Assembly: GCA_950097015.1 (NCBI GenBank) | Contig: CATNEN010000032.1 | Location: 2,542,001 to 2,606,000, forward strand | Reading direction: 5' to 3' | Source of the DNA: Macrostomum hystrix | Lineage: Eukaryota; Animalia; Platyhelminthes | Length of the DNA stretch: 64,000 bases | Shown: positions 54,465-64,000 of the stretch, one piece after another | Layout of the letters: each line of letters starts with the position of its first letter | Numbering within the stretch: the stretch's first letter is position 1 | The notes under the pieces: model-generated | The model's input: the letters and a program-made list of their open reading frames with translations, nothing else | What the model was told of the DNA's origin: nothing | The model's database searches: none | Translations under genes and position numbers: made by a program

Positions 54465-55194
54465 GCCTGATTTTTCGGAGATAGCAGAAGCGAACGCAGA
54501 ATATCCTTTAACGTGTCGAGTTTCCGTCACCTCTTCTGAAGATCGATGTAGATTGAATGAACAGCATGAATATCAGTTTACGCTCGTGTTTCATTTTTTT
54601 CTCTTATAACCAGCGGCTATCGGCCGTTCTCTCTGAGTGGTCTCCCCCAATTGCCTGAGTCGCATTGTTTTTAGAGAGGATTGAGAGTCGCACAGGGCGC
54701 TTGTGCGCAAATACAGCTTTCTTTCTCCCAACTGCAGTTAGAGCCACTTCGAGGCCTCTGTCAACATTTACCATGGAAACCAATTGATTATTCAGAGGAA
54801 TCGTGGAGCTTCCTCTGTCCAGATCTGGTTTTGGTCGCTCTGGACGCAGCCCAGAAGCCAGCTGGCCGTGCGTCTACAGGTTTACAGGCTTGTTTGAACT
54901 GGACTGTTGCCTGGAGAAAGGCGAAAGTTTCCAATGCACTTCGTTATAATTAGATGATTAACTGACGCATCGATATCAATACATGTAATCATTAGCAAGA
55001 TTAGAAAGTGGTTAGGCCAGTCCACAGAATGGTACTCAACAGGACGAGTATAAGGCGTGCTTGCCATCTGCTCTCTGCCAGCTTGTTAAATTAGTATCGA
55101 TGTATTGCCTTAATTTTCCGCATTAGCTCATAGCATTTCATTTCTTTACCCGACGGAAACAACGCATTAGATTGCTGTGCTCCAATGTGCAGGT

Positions 55195-55500
55195 TGAGAA
55201 TGCTCATGACTCACTGCTCATAGTTCAGAATGCTCATGATTAACAGCTCATAGTTCAGAATGCTCATGATTAACTGCTCATTGTTCAGAATGCTCATGAC
55301 TCACTGTTCATAGTTCAGAATGCTCATGACTCACTGTTCATAGTTCAGAATGCTCATGACTCACTGCTCAATGTTCAGAATGATCATAACTCACTGCTGA
55401 TAGTTCAGAATACTGATGGTTAACTCATGCTTAACCGCTCATAGTTCAAAATACTCACGACTCCCTGCTCATGACTATCAAGAATGCTCATGTCTCATAG
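55195..55500. repeat. 30-bp minisatellite (TTCAGAATGCTCATGACTCACTGCTCATAG)
   Basis: Tandem units, degenerating to the right. Confidence 0.85.
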
Positions 55501-56191
55501 CTCTCCACTCAATTTGAAGTCATAACCAACAGCTGATTCTTAGCTCTTTGTTGCGATGATAATAGCTTTTGCAGCGCTTTCTATGCCAAAGCCTCTTTAA
55601 AGTTATATGTACTTCAGATAGCAATCTCCGCAATATTTGAAACTAAAGTGCAAGTAATTGTTTCTTAGAAATGAACGCAAAATGCTTTAAGCTTAATAGT
55701 CGGCTCTCAAGCCATTAGAAATTAAAGTTAAATACTGGCAGGCGTGAAAGCTGCATAAATTTGCGAGAAGTATTACTGACTAAACTGTTATACCGCTTCA
55801 GCAGAACAGATTGGGGAGCTTAAATGTGTGAGAGAGAAACAGTAGTATGCAAAGCGAACGACAAGTATAATTTGTAAAGAAGCGTGAATAAGATAATTCT
55901 TAAAGTACATGCTGTTCTCCCTCTCCGTTTCTTATAAAGGGTTTGCCAGCTGAAAACTCTACGGTGCTTGAAATGGCGAAATGCAGAACGGCGCCGAAAT
56001 TTTGCTGTTGGGGGGAGGCATGCGAAGAGGGGGCTGTACAGAACGACCGTCAATTAATAAATCGCAGTGACTTTTAGGGAACACAGCAGACCTACAGAAG
56101 GTCGGGCCAGGCAAGCAATGACAATGACAGGATTTGGAAGCTACATTAGCCAGGCTTCTCTTCAAATTTCTGGCATCTGGAGAGCAAGCAT

Positions 56192-59100
56192 TTAGTTGCC
56201 GCCACCACCGCCAGTGAACAATGACACCAGCTTGTTGGGCTTCAGCCTAGACGTCAGCGAAGACATCTTCCGGCGCACTGGGGAGCTAGTAAGCATAGTG
56301 GGCGGCTTCGCTGCACCGTCTGATCCGGTGGCGGCTGACTGCGCTCGCTTCGGCGGCTCCTGCAGCCGACTGGCTACTTCCTGGGCTCGCCTGGCATGAT
56401 TGGGAGAATAGTTTGGGGACTGAAATTCCGATCCCCAATATTCCGATCCCCAATATTCCAATCCCCAATAATCCGATCCCCAATATTCAGATCCCCAATA
56501 ATCCGATCCCCAATATTAGATCCCAATATTCCAATCCCCAATATTCCAATCCCCAATATTCCGATTCCCAATATTCCAATCCCCAATATTTCAATCCCCA
56601 ATAATCCGATCCCCAATATTTCAATCCCCAATATTCCGATCCCCAATATTCCAATCCCCAATATTCCGATCCCCAATAATCCGATCCCCAATATTAGATC
56701 CCCAATATTCCAATCCCCAATATTCCGATTCCCAATATTCCAATCCCCAATATTCCGATCCCCAATATTCCAATCCCCAATATTCCGATCCCCAATAATC
56801 CGATCCCCAATATTAGATCCCCAATATTCCAATCCCCAATATTCCGATCCCCAATATTCCAATCCCCAATATTCCGATTCCCAATATTCCGATCCCCAAT
56901 ATTCCGATCCCCAATATTCCGATCCCCAATATTCCAATCCCCAATATTCCAATCCCCAATAATCCGATCCCCAATATTCCAATCCCCAATAATCCGATCC
57001 CCAATATTAGATCCCCAATATTCCAATCCCCAATATTCCAATCCCCAATATTCCGATTCCCAATATTCCAATCCCCAATATTTCAATCCCCAATAATCCG
57101 ATCCCCAATATTTCAATCCCCAATATTCCGATCCCCAATATTCCAATCCCCAATATTCCGATCCCCAATAATCCGATCCCCAATATTAGATCCCCAATAT
57201 TCCAATCCCCAATATTCCGATTCCCAATATTCCAATCCCCAATATTCCGATCCCCAATATTCCAATCCCCAATATTCCGATCCCCAATATTCCGATCCCC
57301 AATATTCCGATCCCCAATATTCCGATCCCCAATATTCCAATCCCCAATATTCCAATCCCCAATAATCCGATCCCCAATATTCCAATCCCCAATAATCCGA
57401 TCCCCAATATTAGATCCCCAATATTCCAATCCCCAATATTCCGATTCCCAATATTCCAATCCCCAATATTTCAATCCCCAATAATCCGATCCCCAATATT
57501 TCAATCCCCTATATTCCAATCCCCAATAATCCGATCCCCAATATTCCGATCCCCAATATTCCAATCCCCAATATTCCAATCCCCAATAATCCGATCCCCA
57601 ATATTCCAATCCCCAATAATCCGATCCCCAATATTCCAATCCCAATAATCCGATCCCCAATATTAGATCCCCAATATTCCAATCCCCAATATTCCGATTC
57701 CCAATATTCCAATCCCCAATATTTCAATCCCCAATAATCCGATCCCCAATATTTCAATCCCCTATATTCCAATCCCCAATATTCCAATCCCCAATATTCC
57801 AATCCCCAATAATCCAATCCCCAATATTAGATCCCCTATATTCCAATCCCCAATATTCCAATCCCCTATATTCCAATCCCCAATATTCCAATCCCCAATA
57901 TTCCGATCCCCAATATTCCAATCCCCAATAATCCGATCCCCAATATTAGATCCCCAATATTCCAATCCCCAATATTCCGATTCCCAATATTCCAATCCCC
58001 AATATTTCAATCCCCAATAATCCGATCCCCAATATTTCAATCCCCAATAATCCGATCCCCAATATTAAATCCCCAATATTCCAATCCCCAATAATCCGAT
58101 CCCCAATAATCCGATCCCCAATATTCCAATCCCCAATATTCCAATCCCCAATAATCCGATCCCCAATATTCCGATTCCCAATATTCCGATCCCCAATATT
58201 CCAATCCCCAATATTCCAATCCCCAATATTCCAATCCCCAATATTCCAGATCCCAATAATTCCAATCCCCAATATTCCAATCCCCAATATTCCAATCCCC
58301 AATATTCCAATCCCCAATATTCCAATCCCCAATATTCCGATTCCCAATATTCCGATCCCCAATATTCCGATCCCCAATATTCCAATCCCCAATATTCCAA
58401 TCCCCAATAATCCGATCCCCAATAATCCGATCCCCAATATTTCAATCCCCAATATTCCAATCCCCAATATTCCAATCCCCAATAATCCGATCCCCAATAT
58501 TAGATCCCAATAATCCGATTCCCAATATTCCGATCCCCAATAATCCGATCCCCAATATTAGATCCCAATAATCCGATTCCCAATATTCCGATCCCCAATA
58601 ATCCGATCCCCAATATTAGATCCCCAATATTCCAATCCCCTATATTCCGATCCACAATATTCCGATCCCTAATAATCCGATCCTCAATGTTCAGATCCGC
58701 TATATTCCGATCCCCAAATTGAGAAAATGCTATGTCTGCCCTGCATATTTTCTAATGCCTGCCTTAGATCACGGCGCGACCTTATAATGTCCAGCACCGC
58801 AGACTGGCGTTGGCCATTGCGCCAAGCGTTGCCCCCCCCACTGCTTCAGGGTTCTGGGAGCGCAATTTCTGGCGGAATTGTTGATGGGACAGGCATGCGA
58901 GAGATGAATGCAGGTCGGTAATTATCGGCCACGTGCAGTGCGGATGCATCGGCATTGGCTTCTGATTATTATCCTGGATTTTCATTGCCGTGCTTTGTAC
59001 TATTAAAAACCTAACAGATCGACTGCATAGAGAAACCCTGTTTAAGCCTCACCTAGTCAAGTCCTCAACCTCAACCAGCATGGAGTCCTGTTCCATATGC

Positions 59101-62100
59101 AGATCGTCGCGTTCAATGAGGCTGCGAACTAGGTCCTCGTTGTGAGCTGCAATTGATTTATTGAGATCAATACATTACTAATTATTTTAGTAGAGTTGCT
59201 AAGACATTGTATAAACCTGGTGTCCTTGAGTAAGACTTTTGATTTACCATTGCACAAGTCTAAACGATAATAGAGTACGCCTATATCTGTGTCTGTACGC
59301 CTATATCTGTGTCTGTACGCCTATATCTGTGTCTGTACGCCTATATCTGTACGCCTATATCTATACGCAATGTAGGGGCCAACCTCCAAGGCACAGTGAT
59401 CAGTGTACACTGCCTGACGATGAGAAAGTCAGGGCAGAATGTACACAATGCGTCATCTGTCGTCATATGATAAATGACTACCCATAGCTCACCAGACACT
59501 ATTGTGTTTATTGTCTCGATAATAATATATAAGTCTATTAAAAACCAGAAAATTTCACCGAGAAGTTGCTTGAATTTACACTAATTGGTTCGCCTCCTAT
59601 TAGGTCGCAATGTACCCTCTCATCTCCATGGGAACTAACCAAGCCGCTGCACCATTGGCATGGGTGCAGTCAGCCTCCATCATCTGGTCATAAACTGCTG
59701 TCAGAATCACGGCGAGGGAAAACACGAATAAAGGTTACAGCGCGAAGGCATTCGCTTAATTCGCTTCGCAGATAATGGATTGGCGCATGGACTGCTGGAG
59801 GGTTGTTGTCCAAGTCTGTGTTCTGAACTAGAAGGAAAAATTTACCACATCTGAAGAATAAGCAGCATTGTGGGATCCATATGGGATCATGGTTGCGTTG
59901 AAAAGACAAACACGGCAACAGTTTTTTTGCGCAAAAGCTTTCCCACCAAATAACTAACTGCTTGACCGGTTTCAGAACCAACTGTCTTCTTCTAGGGGCT
60001 TCAGAACTTGCAGCTTTGCATAGACAAACGATGGGAAAGGTAGACGCGGCATAGATATATTTGGGTGTACTACAGACTAGTACTAATAAATAGAATAATG
60101 AGCTGGATTTTAACTACACAGTATATTGCAGCGCAATGCCTATATCCTTTTGGACGGAAATTCCCAAATAGTTCCGCTCCCTCCCCACGACAATGTCAGG
60201 GAGAAAGATGACGGACAGACTTTCGGGTAGAAGCTGTTAAAAGTCAGACGTCATTATTTGCGGGCTCGCTGTGTGTCTCCATGCAGGCTTAAAGGCTTGT
60301 GCAATATAGTCCATCCGGCTAGCAACCATGCTGGCCTCTCTACTATAGAGTTCTTCTTTCTGCTTAGTCTGCTTCTTTTATTATCCGCGGTCTTTGGGTG
60401 TTACTTTTTATGCACCGACTTTAAGGGCATAATGAGGCCGTTTTCTTTGGCTTCTCTTACTTACGTATTTTACGCACCTTGAACTGTGGAACTGTGTTTT
60501 TGTTTAACTGGAACCGACAATCTCCACAGGACTTTATGGCCTAATTTGCAGCTGAGTGTTCCGACAAATTCAGAGGGGTAAGAGAGACACGAGGTGGAGG
60601 AGAGGAAGAGAGAGAGGGGGTAAGGAAAGAGGGGAGTGGGACAGAGGGGAGTGAGACAGAGGGGTGTGGGACAGAGGGGAGAGGAACAGAGGGGAGTGAG
60701 ACAGAGGGAAGAGGGACAGAGGGGAGAGGAACAGAAGGGAGTGGGTCATAAGGGAGTAGGACAGAGGGGAGTGAGACAGAGGGGTGTGAGACAGAGGGAA
60801 GAGGGACAGAGGGGAGAGGAACAGAAGGGAGTGGGTCATAAGGGAGTAGGACAGAGGGGAGTGGGACAGGGGCAGAGGGGAATGAGGCTAGCTAAGATCT
60901 AAAGTACAGACTTAAATGCTAAAAAAGGTATCGAGGTGCGTGATGAGGAGTGAAATTTCTTGTTAACCCGATGAGGTCAACATGTTAGAAATGTTACGGA
61001 GAGGTTAATCATAAGCTCATTACCGAATAGCAGTTCCGAGCACAAAAAAAGTATTTATAGTTAAGGAACTAGCAAAATTCGTGTAAGAATTATGGTAACC
61101 ACATACTAGCGAGTTATATATTTTTTCTAGTTATTTCTAATATTTGAAAGAAATCATTATAACTAGAAAATATTCGATATGGACGATTCGGGCTATAATG
61201 AAACTGTATAATTCAGGATTTAGAATCTAGGGATACGAAAAGTTTGGGATCGACTATATGAGGCTTCAAATATTTAAGTATTAAAGTATTCTAGACTTGA
61301 CTGTAGGGGATCGGAATTTAGGGATTGGACTATTGGGGATCGGACTATTGGGGATTGGACTATTTGGGGATTGGACTATTTGGGGATAGGACTATTGGGG
61401 ATTGGACTATTGGGGATTGGACTATTTGGGGATTGGACTATTTGGGGATTGGACTATTTGGGGATTGGACTATTTGGGGATTGGACAATTGGGGATTGGA
61501 CTATTTGGGGATTGGACTATTGGGGATTGGACTATTGGGGATTGGACTATTGGGGATTGGGCTATTGGGGATTGGACTATTGGGGATTGGGCTATTGGGG
61601 ATTGGACTATTGGGGATTGGACTATTGGGGATTGGACTATTGGGGATTGGACTATTGGGGATTGGACTATTTGGGGATTGGACTATTGGGGATTGGACTA
61701 TTTGGGGATTGGACTATTGGGGATTGGACTATTTGGGGATTGGACTATTGGGGATTGGACTATTGGGGATTGGACTATTTGGGGATTGGACTATTGGGAT
61801 TAGACTATTGGGGATTGGACTATTGGGGATTGGACTATTGGGGATTGGACTATTGGGGATTGGACTATTTGGGGATTGGACTATTGGGATTAGACTATTG
61901 GGGATTGGACTATTGGGGATTGGAGTTTTTGGAATTGGAATTTTGGGGATTGGACTATTTGGGGATTGGACTATTGGGGATTGGACTATTGGGGATTGGA
62001 CTATTGGGGATTGGAGTTTTTGGAATTGGAATTTTGGGGATTGGACTATTTGGGGATTGGACTATTGGGGATCGGACTATTGGGGATTGGAGTTTTTGGA

Positions 62101-63827
62101 ATTGGAATTTTGGGGATTGGACTATTTGGGGATTGGACTATTGGGGATTGGACTATTGGGGATTGGAGTTTTTGGAATTGGAATTTTGGGGATCGGATTT
62201 TTTGGGAGCGAACTATTGGCGGTGGAACTATTGGGGATTGGACTATTGGGGATTGGACTATTGGGGGGTTAGCTTTCGGGGATTATCAGCAGTTGGGTGA
62301 GGCGAATACAGATTAGGTTTGAGCTCACTCTCTATGCGGCTCAGCAGATCATTGTGAATGACCTGTAGCGCCCCCAAGCTCAGCTGCTGCAGGTGAGCTC
62401 GATGGAACCTCCGAGCGGCGGTTGAGCTGACGCCCATGAGCTCGGCGACGAGGTCACGGCTGGCCCGGCTGCGCTGCTCGTGACGCTCGACCTCCAGCTG
62501 CATCCTGGCCATCGGGCGGACCACGTCATTTCTTCCCCCTGTGGAAGGCCACGTCATTTCTTCCCCCTGTGGAAGGACCACGTCATTTCTCCACCCTGTG
62601 GAAGGACCACGTCATTTCTTCCCCCTGTGGAAGGACCACGTCATTTCTTCCCCCCGTGGAAGGACCACGTCATTTCTCCACCCTGTGGAAGGACCTCGTC
62701 ATTTCTTCCCCCTGTGGAAGGACCACGTCATTTCTTCCCCCCGTGGAAGGACCACGTCATTTCTCCACCCTGTGGAAGGACCACGTCATTTCTTCCCCCT
62801 GTGGAAGGACCACGTCATTTCTTCCCCCCGTGGAAGGACCACGTCATTTCTCCACCCTGTGGAAGGACCACGTCATTTCTCCACCCTGTGGAAGGACCAC
62901 GTCATTTCTTCCCCCTGTGGAAGGACCACGTCATTTCTTCCCCCCGTGGAAGGACCACGTCATTTCTCCACCCTGTGGAAGGACCACGTCATTTCTTCCC
63001 CCTGTGGAAGGACCACGTCATTTCTTCCCCCCGTGGAAGGACCACGTCATTTCTCCACCCTGTGGAAGGACCACGTCATTTCTTCCCCCCGTGGAAGGAC
63101 CACGTCATTTCTTCCCTCTGTGGAAGGACCACGTCATTTCTCCACCCTGTGGAAGGACCACGTCATTTCTTCCCCCCGTGGAAGGACCACGTCATTTCTT
63201 CCCCCTGGGGAAGGACCACGTCATTTCTTCCCCCTGGGGAAGGACCACGTCATTTCTTCCCCCTGGGGAAGGACCACGTCATTGATCTTCTCCCTGGGGA
63301 AGGACCACGTCATTTCTTCTCCCTCGGGAAGGACCACGTCATTTCTCCCCCCTGGGGAAGGACCACGTTATTTCTTCCCCCTGGGGAAGCACCACGTCAT
63401 TTCTTTGCCCCTGGGGAAGCACCACGTCATTTCTTCCCCCCTGTGGAAGGACCACGTCATTTCTTCCCCCTGGGGAAGGACCACATCATTTCTTCTCCCT
63501 TGGGAAGGACCACGTCATTTCTTCTCCCTGGGGAAGGACCATGGGGCTATTTTAAATACCCACTGCCTACTTCCCGATAGTAAAAAACTGGAGATCTACA
63601 AATTAGTCGAATTCGCACCTGTGCAAGAGCCAGCTGAGCTTCGGCCTGCAGCCGCGCCTGCCTAGTCAGCAGGACCTCGCTGGCCTCCGCACAGCCGTCT
63701 GACGCACCGGCGGCGGTCATTGCCGAACCGGATCCGGAAGCAGATAGACTTGCGCCCGTCATCTGGCTGTCTGAGGCCCTCGACGGGTGCATCTGGGAGG
63801 AAACGGAATCAGTAGATTGCTTAGCGA
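56192..63827 (-). CDS. SCHIP1: Schwannomin-interacting protein 1-like, 3' four exons (5' end lies beyond the window)
   Basis: Exons 63827-63619 (..[15 protein letters not shown]), 62521-62329 ([28 protein letters not shown]), 59146-59053 ([32 protein letters not shown]) and 56390-56192 match the SCHIP-1 C-terminal coiled-coil as recalled. The phases fit, but the acceptor at 62521 is not AG. Confidence 0.85.
56420..58720. repeat. 15-bp satellite (CCAATCCCCAATATT), ~150 units
   Basis: In the last SCHIP1 intron. Confidence 0.97.
59272..59366. repeat. 20-bp tandem repeat (GTACGCCTATATCTGTGTCT)
   Basis: About 4.5 units abutting a SINE fragment. Confidence 0.85.
59372..59480 (+). mobile_element. 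5'-truncated SINE-like copy
   Basis: ggggccaacctccaaggcacag..gtacactgcctgacgatgagaaagtcagggcaga matches the family core. Confidence 0.5.
60580..60880. repeat. Purine-rich degenerate ~15-bp repeat (GACAGAGGGGAGTGA)
   Basis: Tandem GA-rich units. Confidence 0.8.
61315..62270. repeat. 15-bp satellite (GGGGATTGGACTATT), ~60 units
   Basis: In a SCHIP1 intron; it is the reverse-complement relative of 56420-58720. Confidence 0.96.
62522..63545. repeat. 29-bp minisatellite (GGAAGGACCACGTCATTTCTTCCCCCTGT), ~35 units
   Basis: Fills the SCHIP1 intron 62522-63618. Confidence 0.96.
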
Positions 63828-64000
63828 CTAGCAATAGAGCTCCCCTTTAATGGGGTGTCACTGGCGACACCTCAGATTTAACAGTAGGACTACCAAGCCA
63901 TTTTTTCGCCCGTTTTTATATGAAGGGCGTGAACCCCCTGAATTTTTTGGCAGCGCCTGAATGCCAACAGCGTTGGGTGGAGACTGATTGGTTGATAGAC

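Noticed and set aside
59410-59445. Hammerhead ribozyme in the SINE core (CTGACGA..GAAA..GTC)
   Set aside because: Only 3 nt separate CUGACGA and GAAA (no stem II), and no stem III can form in any copy.

Overview
This is animal (eukaryotic) genomic DNA, not prokaryotic. The minisatellite-stuffed introns resemble the flatworm Macrostomum, but that is only an inference. About 40% of the window is tandem repeat, and most long ORFs in the track are repeat artefacts. Splicing by hand (GT/AG sites and phases checked) gives these genes: an 8-exon FOXRED1 (-), a single-exon profilin CDS (-), a 4-exon AJM1 orthologue (+), a 5-exon otopetrin with a long helical N-terminal extension (-), three intronless TRPV-like paralogues in -/+/- orientation (the third frameshifted), and the 3' part of SCHIP1 (-). 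The main findings are: (1) a hidden, phase-compatible duplicate of FOXRED1 exon 7 that looks like a mutually exclusive exon; (2) a TRPV triplet with near-identical ankyrin halves, divergent S1-S4 and mosaic pore/C-terminal segments; (3) two complementary 15-bp arrays in inverted orientation on either side of a SCHIP1 exon; (4) a candidate BH3-motif exon with a hydrophobic tail that is missing from the ORF track; and (5) a sharply CpG-depleted domain containing a deaminated SINE. Protein identifications rest on motifs recalled from memory; no searches were run.
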